Origin: Octopus sinensis
Lineage: Eukaryota
Assembly (NCBI RefSeq): GCF_006345805.1
Contig: NC_043001.1
Span: 9,486,001-9,550,000, forward strand
DNA: 64,000 bases
Reading direction: 5' to 3'
Both the position numbers and the translations under genes were made by a program. The notes under the pieces were generated by a model. It did not search any database. It was not told the DNA's origin and saw only the letters and a program-made list of their open reading frames with translations. Of the stretch, positions 1-14,104 are shown one piece after another (the stretch's first letter is position 1; every line of letters starts with the position of its first letter).

Positions 1-595
1 ATCTCTCGTTCATATTCACTCTGTCACATACAATTTATCTCTTTATCGTTCAAATCTCTCTCTCTCTCTCTTTTTCTCTCACTCTACATCGTCTCTCTCT
101 CTCTCTTTCTCTCATTCTACATCGTCTCTCTTTATTACTCTCTGTCCCTATCTCTCCCACGTTTTCATTTTAACCCCCTCTATTTAAAATATCTCTTTCT
201 CTTCTTACACTCTGTCATTGTTTGCCTGTCTCTCATTTTCTTTCTCTCCCCTACACTCTTCCCCACTCTGTTTCATCTCTCTGCTCTCCCCCTCTCCCCA
301 TCTCTTCCCCTCTCTCTCCTCCCTCTGCACGTCTCCCTCTTACACACGTACACTACCCACAGATCCCCATTCTGCATTTCTCCCTTTCTCCGGTAACTTT
401 TCGAAACTGCAAAACACACACACACAGACGCACACAAACATAAGCACACACACACACACAAACACGCACACACACAGAGGCACAAATACAACATACACAC
501 TCACAGACACACCCACACACACGCACAGGCACACAACCACGCATATACATACAAGCACAAACACAAACACAAATACACACACACACACACACTCC
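1..595. repeat. (CT)n-rich then (CA)n-rich low-complexity tract
   Basis: Directly visible degenerate tc/ca dinucleotide runs. Confidence 0.9.
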
Positions 596-1044
596 AACAC
601 TGAACCGTGGCTATGCCATCAACCATCACTATCCGTGTGTAGACAACAGTATCAAAGTTCAGCGGATTAGGGTCAACAATCCTCGCGAATAAATCTTGCT
701 GTCTCCGTTCTTTATATTTACAGTCCAGTGGTGTGGGCAAAGGACAGTTGCCAGTTCTATCGATTTCAATGGGTGAGGGACGGCAGTAATATTGTCATTT
801 GCCGATAGGCAATACGTAATGGCTTCGTTATGTATAAAATATGGCTGCCATTATATGCTGTCTTCGTTGTGTGTTGGTGTGTTTGTGTGTGCGTGTGGCC
901 GACTGAATGCTGGAATATTCAATGTATCTCCTATGGAGGTTTATTTATTTGTGTATTCATTTATTTCTTTAATTATATTCATATATGTACGAAATGATGT
1001 GTCGTTATGAATACCACACAATGCATAAACTCGAACGCACACGC

Positions 1045-1132
1045 TCATATATATGTATGAAATATATACATAGATATTCAATAATATATATATATATGTA
1101 TGTATGTATGAATACACATACATAGATATACA

Positions 1133-1176
<44 letters not shown>

Positions 1177-1476
1177 AGTCTTGTGGGGGAGTGTATGATA
1201 TATATATATATATATATATATAGTGTATTTTGTACATATATCGGTATACATAAACGCATGCATAATTATTTATGCATGTATGCGCATACATGAATAGCAT
1301 ATAAGTAAATACATATACATATTTCTCTGTATGTATGCATGCGTATGCAAACACGCGCGCGCATAGACACACATTTACATTCATACACATATACATATGT
1401 ACATTATATACATATAAGCGTACATACATATCCATATATATATATATATATCTATATACAAGTATTTATATGCATG

Positions 1477-1512
<36 letters not shown>

Positions 1513-1551
1513 ATATATTAATATATATATATAATATTATATATATATATA

Positions 1552-1595
<44 letters not shown>

Positions 1596-2017
1596 TATAT
1601 ATATATATATATATATAATAATATATATATATATAATATACATGTGCGTGCAAGCCTGAATATGAGCATTCGTGTTTATATGCATAAGATATGTGTCTGT
1701 GTTAATAAATATGAGCGTATATATACGACGCATGCATGAATACATTTGCATGAAGATATTACACGCACACACATGCAGATATTACACACACATAAGCACA
1801 TACATGCATACATATATTATATATATATATATATATGTATGTACGTATGTATATGCATATGACATACATTTTATGCACGCGCAGACAGATACATTAATTT
1901 GTGTGTGCCGGTGTGCTTTGCAATTTATGAATATATGTGGCTTATGACTTATGTATTTTAATGTCTATGCGAATGCGCCTTTGCAGTTAGCAGAACATAT
2001 ATATATATGCATTGTGT

Positions 2018-2109
<92 letters not shown>

Positions 2110-2293
2110 ATTATATATATATATATATATATATACACTTTCTTTTTCATGATTTTTTCATAGTATTTCTCAATCTCTATATGTATGATTTATTTTGTTC
2201 ACTCACTAGTTCGATGACACCAAGGTGAACGTAGTCTTTTATCTCTCCTAATTGATAAATATATACATATATATATATATATATAATGATATA

Positions 2294-2382
<89 letters not shown>

Positions 2383-2410
2383 GCATACATACATACTTAT
2401 ATATATATAG
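1045..2410. repeat. (TA)n/(TATG)n microsatellite field
   Basis: Long (TA)n runs; source of the spurious YI-repeat ORFs. Confidence 0.95.
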
Positions 2411-3179
2411 CAGTAATACGCTGGAGCAAAAATCACTCGACTGTATATAGTTTCTATCATATTACAAACCACGTCTTTTTTATTGTTGCTGTTGTTGTTG
2501 CTATTAGTAGCTCACCTTGGACTTTTGTTTGAGCAAATCGATAGCACAAAAGTAGTTAATCAAACGTAGAATTCGATTGGCATTTCAAACCGAGGCCATG
2601 TTGTCTTTACTGATGTTTGGTATTATTATTTTTTTTAATATTATTTTTGCTCTTTTATCTTCAGTTTTTTTTGTTTTTTTTTTTTTACTTTTCGCTTTAT
2701 TTATTGTTTTTTTTTTCCACGTCAGCTTCGAACATAACCCTAAACTAACATTTAAAACTTCAAGCAGCAGTAAATTGCCGTTCATATTCTTGTACCATGC
2801 CTTGACAGATATAGCAAAACCAAAAACAAAAAAAGACAAGAAATAGAGAGGGAGAGAGAGGGAGAGAGGGGTCACATCAGAAGCAGTAAGTAGCGTAATG
2901 ATTGAGGACAGCAGCTCAGAAGCCAATAAAATTCTCGGTGAACATCAAACATAGAAGCCAGTTGGCAGAACTACTTTTCGACGCAAGAGTAGTGCCATGC
3001 ATATCTATCTAGGATCTAGGACTTTAAGAGTCTGATGACGAATATCATTGAGGTAGCTTCCGTGACCTTCTCTCAAGATTGGAACTTTTTTTTCTCTTAG
3101 TTGGGTTTCAAAGCTGGCTTGTGTCCGAAAACAATGTCTTTTAGTTCAAATACTTGGTGGTGACTAGCTTAAATCATGT

Positions 3180-3531
3180 TATCATCATCATCATCATCAT
3201 CATCAACATCCTCCTCATCATCATCCTCATCTTCATCATCATCATCATAATCATCATCATCATCATCAACATCATCATCATCAACAGCAACATCCTCATC
3301 ATTATCCTCATCATCGTCGTCGCCATCATTATCATCACCGTCATCAGCATCAACATTAATCCTCCTCATTATTTAATCATCAACATCATCATCATCATCA
3401 TCATCAACAACAACATCCTTCTCATTATCTTCATCATCATCATCGTCGACGTAGTCGTCGTCATCATCATCGTCATAATCATTATTTTTATTATGATTAT
3501 TATTATTATTATTATTATTATCATCATCATC

Positions 3532-3598
<67 letters not shown>
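3180..3598. repeat. (ATC)n followed by (ATT)n trinucleotide microsatellite
   Basis: Directly visible. Confidence 0.95.
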
Positions 3599-3599
<1 letters not shown>

Positions 3600-4560
3600 G
3601 TCAGTCCAAGCGAATTTAGTTATCAGATATTCATCTTGAGGTTCGGTGACAACAGTTCTTCTTAAACCTCAAGAATCTTCCTTAGAAATCTTGCAGAATA
3701 TAGAATGGTAATTTTCTCTAGGTCGGCAATACGAATTTCAATTCCAGTCTCTTTCAAGTCTTTTAGATAGCATTTTGGCTATTGTGCCAAGTACACCAAT
3801 TACTACAGGAATAATTCTTGTCTCGGTCTTGCAAAGTTTCCTTAGTTCTCTAGCTAGATCCTGGTGTTTCCCACTTTTTTTCACTTTCTTTCGAATCGAC
3901 TCTGCAATCATAAGGAATTGCAAAATCTCTTAGCTTACACTATTTGTTTATTTTGTCCTCTATGGTCCTGTTCGGTCTTCTTGCTTCGGTAATATGGTCA
4001 GCCTTTACAGAAAAATCCTACAGGATCTTGTAGTCCTCATTTTCTGTCACAACCTCGCGTTCATGTTCGTACCACTTTTCTGCTGTTTTAAAATCGTACC
4101 CTCGGCTTATATCCCAATACTGTCTTTTGCCTACACAGTCATATCTGCACTTGTTTTCCTTTTGTGCTAGTGTAGTACACACGCTCAAAAAGTGAATGAT
4201 ACTTTCATATACTTTCCTGTTGGTTCTGCGTTTGTTGCCTGACTGAGTTTTGTCGATCTATGCCTTTATTAGGTTTGTTATAAGAGCTTTTCCTGAGTGG
4301 CAATAACTGGCGTTCATCCTTTTTCATCCTCGTTTCATCCTTTCCCATCCGTCAACCAGATCCAGCGGTCTTTGCTTCCGATGTTCTCGGTTTGTTACTT
4401 GTATTGGCCATGTAGTTCCATCTCTTTGCTTCCGTTTACTTTGTTGTTCTTTCTTTTCTCCTACTGTTTCGGCCACATCTTTGTGTATTTCTGGCTGCCA
4501 AACGTATTCTTTCCTTACTCTGCACAAAGCAATTTTGTAAATCCCGTATTGAAGCATTAA
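3599..4560 (-). mobile_element. Decayed 3' part of an RLE-type non-LTR retrotransposon (R4/Dong-like)
   Basis: Minus-strand translation gives KWYEHEREVVTENEDYKIL*DF..DHITEARRP..DFAIPYDCRVD and HQDLARELRKL..RIIPVVIGVLGTI, ending SARFLRKILEV*. These match the restriction-like endonuclease C-terminus. The 3' end abuts (TAA)n. Confidence 0.85.
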
Positions 4561-5065
4561 CCCTATCTTCTGCGCTCAGCAATCCTCTGCAAAATGCTTA
4601 GCAACATTTCGCCTGTCTTTACGTTTTGAGTTCAAATTCCACCGAGCTATACTTTGCCTTTCGTCCCTTCGAGGTCAATAAAATAAGTATCAGTTGAGCA
4701 CTGGGGAAGAGGATATCGACTTACCTCCCGCTTTTCCAACTTCGTTCGCTTTGTGCAAGAAATTTGAACCATTATTATCTTGTTTAATCGGCAGATGGTC
4801 GGACAAAATTGTTAGTGGCATTTTCCCAACTTATTATGTTCAAAATTCAAAATCCCTCGAGGTTAGCATTGCCTTTAATCTTAACGAGGTCGCTAAAATA
4901 AAGTACCAGCCAAGTACTAGGGTCTCTCATATACCTTCTTTATCTTCATCTGAGTGTGACATTCTTTATTCCTCTTCCTTTGACCTCTATAACGCCTTTC
5001 ATCTCAAATGAAAATTTTTTGTTTTGAACGTCACGGTCGTACAAAGATACAAGAGCATGAATATT

Positions 5066-5278
5066 CGTTTCAAATTTTAGCACAAGGCCAGCAATTTCAA
5101 GAGAATGGATAAGTCGATTACATCGATCCTAGAGAATAACTGGTATTTATTTTATCGACCTCGAAAGGATAAAATACAAATCAATCTCAGCGGAATTTGA
5201 ACTTAGAACGCGGAGATGGAACGAAATACCGCTAAGCATTTTGCCTCGGGTTTAACGATTCTGCCAGCTTACAGCCTT
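5066..5278 (-). mobile_element. tRNA-derived SINE family A (degenerate)
   Basis: Matches the repeated consensus ggcagaatcgtt..gagttcaaattcc..ttcggggtcgataaa..taccag. Confidence 0.8.
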
Positions 5279-5324
5279 ACACGTGCCTTAGTATTATAGA
5301 AACTATATAGGTCGCCGGGTTAGA

Positions 5325-5495
5325 TTTTAGCAGCGTTTCGTCCGTGCTTACGTTCTGAGTTCAAATTATGCCGAGGTCGACTTTGCCTTTCATCCTTTCG
5401 GGGTCGATAAAATAAGCACCAGTTACGCACTGGGGTTGATATAATCGACTTATTCCCTCCCCCAAGATTGCTAGCCTTGCGCCAACTTTGAAATC
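5325..5495 (+). mobile_element. SINE family A
   Basis: cgttctgagttcaaatt..gtcgactttgcctttcatcctttcggggtcgataaaataag. Confidence 0.85.
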
Positions 5496-6769
5496 AAGAC
5501 CGCAGACAGATGAGTCGATCAAAAATTAAGCTTCGTTGGTCACAAATTTGTTGGATTACAATGGCTTAAGAATGAATATATGCACAGACCTATTACAGGT
5601 ATCGATATACACATTTTTAAGAGCTGAATTGTCACGTGGAAATTTTTAATTTCTTTAAAAAATGTTATAACGCGACTTGATAGTTTTTAATATACGATTT
5701 TTCAGCTGAAGTAGGCTTTGCTTTACATCCTGTCAAGGTAAATAAAATACCAGTCAACGACTTAGCTACTCCCTAGAAATTGGTAGCCTTTCTGAAACTT
5801 TCAAGCCAATATATGTTTAGAACAATTGTTTATAGATGTAAATTGAACTTGTATTTGTGAATAGATGCGAAACTATACAAATGCCGGAAAATTAACATTT
5901 TAAATTTTCAAATTGATACGGATTCATGTGATCATACCCGAGCAACATTCATTAAAATATGATAATGCATTAATTAATCAGGCAATTACAGTGCTTTTGA
6001 ATACCGAAACAGGAACGATAACACATAGTTTAATATTTTAAACCTTCTTATCTTGCATCTTAATGAGATGTTAGATAAAACTGATGATGCAGCAGTTCTT
6101 AATTGATTTGCAGGATTATTATCGATAAGTTTAGTGAGCAAATGGTTCTTGGTTCTTACCTGAATTTAATGTTAAGGAAAACTATTCACATCGGTAAGTG
6201 GTGGGAATCAGAGATTCGATTTTCAATGCGTAATTACTGAAAAGTGGGTATTTTTCAGTATCTATATTAGATTTATAAAATTCTTGAGTAGATAATCCAT
6301 TAAATTTGGATATCAAAGTTTTATACGACTATAAGTGAATTAACTCGAGCTGCGAGGATTTTCATTGAAGATCACATCAAAAGGAGTTTCGTTTTATTCG
6401 TGATTTGAGCTCATAAATTCTTAAACATAAAACCTCTTTCCACATTCAACCAAAAGTTTGAAACACTTCGTAACAAGATTCCACCAACGCTTCTGATTTC
6501 TGTTGTTTCAGGGCTGGAAATGGTAACATGATGTCTTTTAGTTTTAATTCAAGCAATTCTAGATTTTGTGAGGAAGAGAAATAATAAACTGATTCACCTT
6601 ATCTGATTATGAACTTATTTCATTTGCATGGCTTGTTATAAGTGCTTAACATGTAAAATGACACAACCGTTTTTCTTCCGCTGGTCCCACAATAAGACTC
6701 CCTTTTCATTATCACGAAGAGCTTTACTTAATATTTCAACTCAGAGAATCACAGAGGCAGCATTAATAA

Positions 6770-7185
6770 TGATTTCAAGTTTTGACACAAGGCCAGTATT
6801 TCTGCAGAGAAGTAAGTCGTTTACATCGACCCCAGTTCTCGACTGATACTTATTTCATCGACCCTCGGCGGAATTTGAACTCAGAACGTAAAGACGGACG
6901 AAATGCCGCTAAGTATTTCGCCCGGCGCGGTAACGATTCTGCCAGCTCACCACCTTTACAGAACAGCATTAATAATCCTTTCTACTATAGGAACAAGACC
7001 TGAAACTTAGGGGAAGAGGGGAATAATTTATTAGATCGACACCGGTGCGTAAGTGGTACTTAATTTATCGACCCTGAAAGGATAAAATGCAAAGTCGACC
7101 TCGGCGGCATTTAAACTCAGAACGTAGTGACGGGTGAAATGCCGCTGAGCGTTTTTCCTGGCGTGCTAACGATTCTGGCGCCTTA
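6770..7185 (-). mobile_element. Two adjacent SINE family A copies
   Basis: Two copies of gaactcagaacgt..gccgct..aacgattct. Confidence 0.8.
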
Positions 7186-7309
7186 CGATCAGCATTAATA
7201 ATGGTATTTTCCTCAGTTTGTATACATCTACACAACTGATTAAAACTTTCACACCCACATACACTCTCACATACTCTCACACACATAAACGTACTCATCT
7301 ACTCTCACA

Positions 7310-7560
7310 TTATATAAAATGTGACGTCGTAGTCGTCGTAGTCGTCGTCGTCGTGATATAAAGTCTCCTTTACTCTAGCTGACTGTAGGAAGATTATTTT
7401 AGATAAAATGTTATATTGTTTAAATCAAAATGAAGATAAAAATTACATGTTGACACTCCCGGTGTCTAATACTATTACCTTGTAAAGTTTGAGTTGATTT
7501 GGTCGAGCCGTTTGAGAATACGTAGGGAAAAGACAAACAGACAGACGAAGAATTTTACAC
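7310..7560. mobile_element. Possible Helentron/HINE-like non-autonomous element remnant
   Basis: aagtttgagttgatttggtcgagccgtttgaga..gacaaacagacagacg is a DINE/HINE-like motif followed by a microsatellite. Confidence 0.35.
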
Positions 7561-7894
7561 ACACACACACACACACACATACACATACACACCATATAAG
7601 CTTACTGAGTTTTTATATTAAATTTTAAAAAGTAGTAACACATTTTTAATGAGTTTGAAGACTTTTATCTGATATATTAATTAATACCTTTAGGATAATT
7701 TCGTAATTAAACTAATGTTTACTCACATTTTATGTTATACTATTAATTCTTTCGTTACTGTTTTTTTCCGCTGTAGTACACTGCCTTTGTTTCTATTAAT
7801 TTTGATGTTAATGAAGAATACAGTAAAATAACTTTGTCTCTATTAAACTGTTGCTTGGAACATAAATTAAAAATATGTTAAGGGAAGGCTTTCG

Positions 7895-8124
7895 TTTACT
7901 CTTTACTCTTTTACTCTTTTACTTGCTTCAGTCATTTGACTGTGGACATGCTGGAGCACCGCCTCTGATCGAGCAAATCGACCCCAGGACTTATTCTTTG
8001 TAAGCCTAGTACTTAATCTATCGGTCTCTTTTGCCGAACCGCTAAGCTACGGAGACATAAACACACCAGCATCGGTTGTCAAGCGATGTCGAGAGGACAA
8101 ACACAGACACACACACACACACAC

Positions 8125-8186
<62 letters not shown>

Positions 8187-8352
8187 TCAGATGGGCTTCT
8201 TTCAGTTTCTATCTACCAAATCCACTCACAAGGCTTTGTTCGGCCTGAGGCTATAGTAGAAGACACTTGCCCAAGGTGCCACGCAGTGGGATTGAACCCG
8301 GAGCCATGTGGTTCGTAATCAAGCTACTTACCACACAGCCACCCCTACGCCT
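7895..8352 (-). mobile_element. tRNA-derived CORE-like SINE family B with internal (TA)/(CA) microsatellite
   Basis: A/B-box-like head, accttgggcaagt core, gtaaaaga tail; many copies in window. Confidence 0.9.
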
Positions 8353-9204
8353 AGATCACTTTCAAACAGTAAGATTGTAACAAAGAACCAAACGAGTCTC
8401 ATTTTCCACTTTAGATGAGGTGTAAACTTTTAGGTCAAACTGCAGCAGGAGTCGCCATGTTATGGAACTTATTTTTATCTAACAATTTTTTATTGTTTGA
8501 GGAGGGGCTGTTATAGTTTGCTTCCTTTTATGTTGTAGTATGTTCTTTTAGCCAGATGCAACCCCTAAATAAAGTATGTCAGGGGATTTTATTATTCAAA
8601 TGGGAGACACTGGAGATGGTGGGAACTTGATATCTTGTTACCCTAAGGACATAATAAAAACTGACTTTGGTATGTCACTGTTTTCATAGGCGTTAAACAC
8701 AAATGGGGATTTGGAATAAAATCTGCAAATATAATGTAGAAAGATTTAAAGAAAAGCACCGCATGTTATTGTTATCAGTTCTGAAGTTCCTAATCTCTTC
8801 GTATTTTTGTTATTCCTTTTCTGTAACTCAAGAAGTTGATATTAGGATTAATCATTCTATAAAATATATTGTTTCACGAGCATCTGTGCGGCGTCTTATC
8901 AGATGTTTTAATAAATATTTTATTGCGTTTTTTTTTTTATGGAATGTTCATGAGAAAGATGCTGTACCCGTGGCCTTCGCAGATACTCAGAGACTGCTGA
9001 GATTGATGCAGTTAACGTTCTAAGCTAACGTTAAGTTTTTTTGTTTTTGTTTTTTTAAGGAAAATGTCAGAGTAAGGAAAATATTCCGGAGAGCGACCGC
9101 CGTTCTGGTGTGACCGTATTGCGTGCAGTGGTTTGTGTAGGGCCCGGATGTGGTTGCAGGAGATGAAGGGAGGAAATATGAATGAGTTGGAAGTATATAA
9201 CAGC

Positions 9205-9272
9205 CGCATGAGTAGCTACCGACCAAAGCCTTGGGAATGGACTTGGTTGACGGAAACTGAAAGAACCCTATC

Positions 9273-9317
<45 letters not shown>

Positions 9318-9530
9318 TATATTTGTGTGTGTCTGTGTTTGTATCACCAGCATCGCTTGACAACCGATGCTGGTGTGTGTACGTCCCCATAACTTAGCGG
9401 TTCGGCAAAAGAGACCGATAGAATAAGTGCTAGGCTTACAAAGAATAAGTCCTGTAGTCGATTTGTTCGACTAAAGGTGGTGCTCCAGCATTGCCGCACT
9501 CAAATGACTGAAACAAATAAAAGGATGAAC
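9205..9530 (+). mobile_element. SINE family B (5'-truncated)
   Basis: Same consensus. Confidence 0.85.
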
Positions 9531-9794
9531 GAATTACAAGAAGGGCACACCAGAGCAACAAGCTTCGAAGAGAAAGACTCCATTGCAGTAAGTTTAAAGC
9601 GTTTAGTGAGGCTCGTAGAATCTCGACTTGTGTTTATCCTCCATAGAAACACTGCTCTACACTCATTTTACTCCACGGTTCCTTCATGGCCATTCGATGT
9701 ATGTATAAAAATCGTACGGTATACGTATGATGAAATATTATTAGAAGTTTATTAGAATATTAATATATTTTCTGCATTTTTTAATATTTTATTC

Positions 9795-9945
9795 CTTTAT
9801 TTGTCTCAGTCATTTGACTGCGGCCATACTGGAGCCCCGCTTTTAGTCGAACAAGTCGACCCCAGGACTTATTCTGTGTAACACAGTTGTATATTTAAGG
9901 GATGAGGATTTATGTACATTATTACAGTCCTTTAAATTATATATA

Positions 9946-10004
<59 letters not shown>

Positions 10005-10581
10005 ATGTGTGTGTATATATATATATGAAGGGCTTCTTTCAGTTTCCGTCTACCAAATCCACTCACACAAGGCTTTGGTCGGCTCGAGGCTATAGTGGAA
10101 GACACCTGCCCAAGATTCATTATTTACATTTGACGGATATAACAAAATGAGGACAAATATCTGTCAAATGTAAATAATGTTCACGGACAAAACTTCGTGC
10201 TGCACGAAGTTTTGTCAGTGAACAGATCGTAAATAATGTTATTCATTGTAAGCCTAATACTTATTCTAACGGGCCCATTTGCCGAACTGCTAAGTTGCGG
10301 ATATGTAAACACACCAACAGCAGTTGTCAAGCGAAGATGAGGAGACAGAAACACACAAATATATATATATATATATTTAAAATTGAATAAGGGTAGGAAC
10401 TGAAATGAATCAATTAAAACTAGTTTTTTATTTCGCATATTTTCATTTGTCTTGCTTATTTTTAACTCTGTTTTTTTGCTGAGTTTTTTCTTGAGAACCC
10501 ATTCTTCGTGGAAAATAGCGATTTTGACGTCTATATCTAGAATATTGACTGTCCACTTTTAGTGGTCAGTCCTTTAAATTT

Positions 10582-10623
<42 letters not shown>

Positions 10624-10785
10624 GGGCTTCTTTCAGTTTCCGTCTACCAAATCCACTCACACAAGGCTTTGGTCGGCTCGAGGCTATAGTGGAAGATACC
10701 TGCCCAAGTTGCCACGCAGTGGGACTGAACCCGGAACCATGTGGTTGTAAAGCAAGCTTCTTACCACATAACCACACCTGCGCTT
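9795..10785 (-). mobile_element. SINE family B interrupted by two nested insertions
   Basis: Tail 9795-9880, middle 10240-10360, head 10620-10785. Confidence 0.75.
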
Positions 10786-10829
10786 GCGCATGAAGAAGTA
10801 TGAACAATTATTTCTACACATAAATTTCA

Positions 10830-11370
10830 ACAACAAAATCTCATATAGACCCACCAGGGGTGATATGGACTCCGGTTGAGGGCCACTGAGCGAGGCCTTG
10901 TGTGTAATGTTTTACAAATAGATGGAAGACTAACAAAGTTTGTAACGTTGTTGGTTTGGATTTTTAGTATCCAGAAAGCGTTTGGTATTTTGACGTGCAT
11001 GTGTGCCTGATGCTGAGTTTTGTGATGTGGAAACGGATAAATTCGGAAGGAATTTACTAAGAATGTGGAGAGTGGAGTTGGACGTAAACGTGGCAAGGAA
11101 CGTTAAGATTTTTCATTTCCGGCGAAATGCTTATAGAACCATCAATAGCTGAGAAGTGGAAGAAATGCAGATTCTGCAAAATTGGTAAAGATTCTTTGCC
11201 AAAAGGATCAAAAGGATTACAATAGTTTAGAATATATGATAACTTGTGAATTGTGTGATGCACAAAAGCATTCTTCGGAGTTCAAATGGTGGTCTTGCAG
11301 GAGTCAGGAATAAAAACCATTTAAATTCTAGAGGTCCTTGGTATTCCCACTGTCTTGTAGACTAATTTTT
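10830..11370 (-). mobile_element. Possible highly decayed LINE RT C-terminal fragment
   Basis: Weak motif similarity only (ICKTLHTRP..LNRSPY); many stops. Confidence 0.3.
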
Positions 11371-11688
11371 ATTTGTTTTTTTTTGAGGGGATGATTAGGG
11401 GAGCGGGTGTTGTTGATTTGTTTTGTTTTGTTTCGGTCTTTCTTTTTTCTGTGATCTATTATCTTTTTTAATGCTACAGAGCAGATGAGTCGTTCGTTTG
11501 GAGGAATTGTGTCTGCGAGTTTTTGTTGTGTGGGAGATGAGGAAGGAGATGTCCAGCTCTTTGAGGTTGGTAGGAAAGAAGGACGTGTACTGCCATGGAT
11601 TAATCATTCGGGAATTCGTGGAGTTTCTGCCAATCGGCTGGTTCCACGTGCCACAGAGCCAGGATGTGGAGAGAGTTTCATAGTAATT

Positions 11689-12005
11689 GGATGGATGTAA
11701 GGACGGACGGACAGACGGATGAACGGACAGACGGACGGATGGATGGATGGATGCACAGATGGATGGACGGAAGAATCGATCGATTGATCGATACACTGAT
11801 GCACAGATGGATGGATGCATGCGTGCATGCATGCATGGACGGATGGATCGATCAATCGATACACGGATGCTCGGATGGTTGGATGGACGGATGGATGAAT
11901 GGATGGATGGTTGGTTGGATGGATGGATGGATGCATAGATGCACAGATGGATGGATAGAAGGAGGAATGTATGTATGGATGGATGGGATGGGATGTGTTG
12001 GAATG
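11689..12005. repeat. (GATG/GACG)n tetranucleotide repeat
   Basis: Directly visible. Confidence 0.95.
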
Positions 12006-12482
12006 GCATGAGATGGTTAGTCATCATATGTCAGTGGTTGGAAGAATCAATAAGTGGCAGACGTTGATCTTGGAGTAAGGAAAGACACCAAGTGTCTTCG
12101 GAATATCTGTGTATTTGTCAGAGATGGTTGTGGAAGATGAATTTAGGTGAGTCATTACTCAAAGAAGGTAGATTGGCAGAATCGCTAGCGCGTCGGACAA
12201 AATGATTTGCAGTGTTTGTTCCGGCTTTTTCCGTTCAAGGTTCAAATCCTGTTGTGGTCAACATTGTCTATCATCTTTCCGGAACCGATACAATAAAATT
12301 AACAGCCATGCCCTGGGTCGATGGTATCAACTAGCCCGAACCACTTTCCCTCAAAATTAGAAACAATCATTAGCATAATTGAAATAATTTTGCGTCACCA
12401 AAGAATGTTCCTTTGTATCCTTGTCAGTAAATCTCATTAATTTCCATTTCGTCATATGTGACGTCAGAGATCACGAGGTAGT

Positions 12483-12893
12483 TTACGCTTTTTACTCTTT
12501 TACTTGTTTCAGTCATTTGACTGCGGCCATGCTGGAGCATAGCCTTTAGTCGAGCAACTCGACCCCGAGACTTATTCTTTGTAAGCCCAGTACTTATTCT
12601 ATCGGTCTCCTTTGCCGAACCGCTAAGTGACGGGGACATAAACACACCAGCATCGGTTGTCAAGCAATGTTAGGGGGACAAACACAGACACACAAACACA
12701 CACACGCATATACATATATATACATATATACGACGGGCTTCTTTCAGTTTCTGTCTACCAAATCCACTCACAAGGCTTCGGTCGACCTGGGGCTATAGCA
12801 GAAGACACTTGCCCAAGGTGCCACGCAGTGGGACTGAACCCCGAACCATGTGGTTGGTAAGCAAGCTACTTACCACACAGCCACTCCTGCGCC
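12483..12893 (-). mobile_element. SINE family B, near full length
   Basis: Full consensus including head ggcgcaggagtggctgtgtggtaag. Confidence 0.92.
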
Positions 12894-12924
12894 TTTGTGA
12901 GTTCTAATGGAGCATTGTTGTCGT

Positions 12925-13050
12925 TGTTGCTGTTGTTGTTCTTTTTATTGCTACTGTTGCTGTTGTTGTTCTTTTTATTGCTACTGTTGCTGTTGTTGTT
13001 CTTTTTATTGCTACTGTTGCTGTTGTTGTTCTTTTTATTGCTACTGTTGC
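12925..13050. repeat. 30-bp minisatellite x4 (tgttgttgttctttttattgctactgttgc)
   Basis: Perfect tandem copies. Confidence 0.9.
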
Positions 13051-13206
13051 TGTTGTTGTTGTTGTTATTAGTTAACCTAAAAAAAACCTTCATCGAACAC
13101 ACCATTTAGTCATATGCGAACTCAGAGATCACTGTGTGGTTGTGAGTTCTAACGGAATGTTCTTGTTGTTCTTGCTACTGTTCTTGCTGCTGTTGTTACT
13201 GCTGCT

Positions 13207-13410
13207 GTCTTCTTCTTCTCTTCTTCTTCTTCTTCTTCTTCTTCTCTTCTTCTTCTTCTTTTCCTTCTTCTTCTTCTCCTCCTCCTCCTCCTTCTTCTTC
13301 TTCTCCCCCTCCTCCCTCTTCTTCTTCGTCGTCGTCTTCTTCTTCTTCTTATCCTCCTCCTCCTCCTCCTCCTTCTTCTTCTTCTTCTTCTACTTCTTCT
13401 TCTTCTCCTT
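13207..13410. repeat. (TTC/TCC)n repeat
   Basis: Directly visible. Confidence 0.95.
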
Positions 13411-13689
13411 CCAATCAGGACTCACGCCATTTGCCACAAAGAATAATCTCTAATTCGAGCCTACTCTAAGCTACTAAGAATGCATGCAGCAACTTGAAGA
13501 TCCACCCACCACACGCGATAAACTGGCGGTTGCATGGGCGCGAAAGCTACGTTGTTATTCTCATTCCGTAAACGGTGGCTTTTAACGGGTGGAGAACTGA
13601 ACCATCCTGGGGTACAGAGGATTTGCAATCTAGACTAGGGTCTGAAAATTTACCACACCATAGTGGGTTACACCATGGTTCTTTTGCTT

Positions 13690-13893
13690 TGTGGGAGAAG
13701 TAGGAAGAAAGAGTGCGAGAAAGTTGTGGTGAAGGAGTACAGCGGGGTTCACCACCACCACTACCCGCCGGAGCCTCATGATGCTTAGGTATTTTTGCTC
13801 AATAAACAATCACAATGCCCGGTCTGGGAATCGAAACCGCGTTCTTATGACCGCGAGTCCGCTGCCCTAACCACTGGGCCATTGTGCCTCCAC
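13690..13893 (-). mobile_element. tRNA-derived SINE family C
   Basis: Head gtggaggcacaatggcccagtggttagggcagcggactcgcgg..ttcgattcccagaccggg. Confidence 0.88.
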
Positions 13894-14104
13894 TGCAGCT
13901 GTTGTTGTTGTTGTTGCTAGTTAACCCCAAATGAATCTTCATCGACCACATCAATACTCGACAGGACCCAGGCTAAAGCTAGCGCTTCTTGTTAACGCCG
14001 TCTCTAACTACATTGTCAAATGCACCGGTGCTCAGCCAGGGGACCTTAGGGGACATATAAGATTTTGTCATTAAAATTTATTTCCAATAAATTGCTCATG
14101 CGTC

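Noticed and set aside
2205-2236. Hammerhead-like ucgauga-cacc/ggug-aacguaguc between TA tracts
   Set aside because: Core altered, GAAA incomplete and helix I absent; at best a relic
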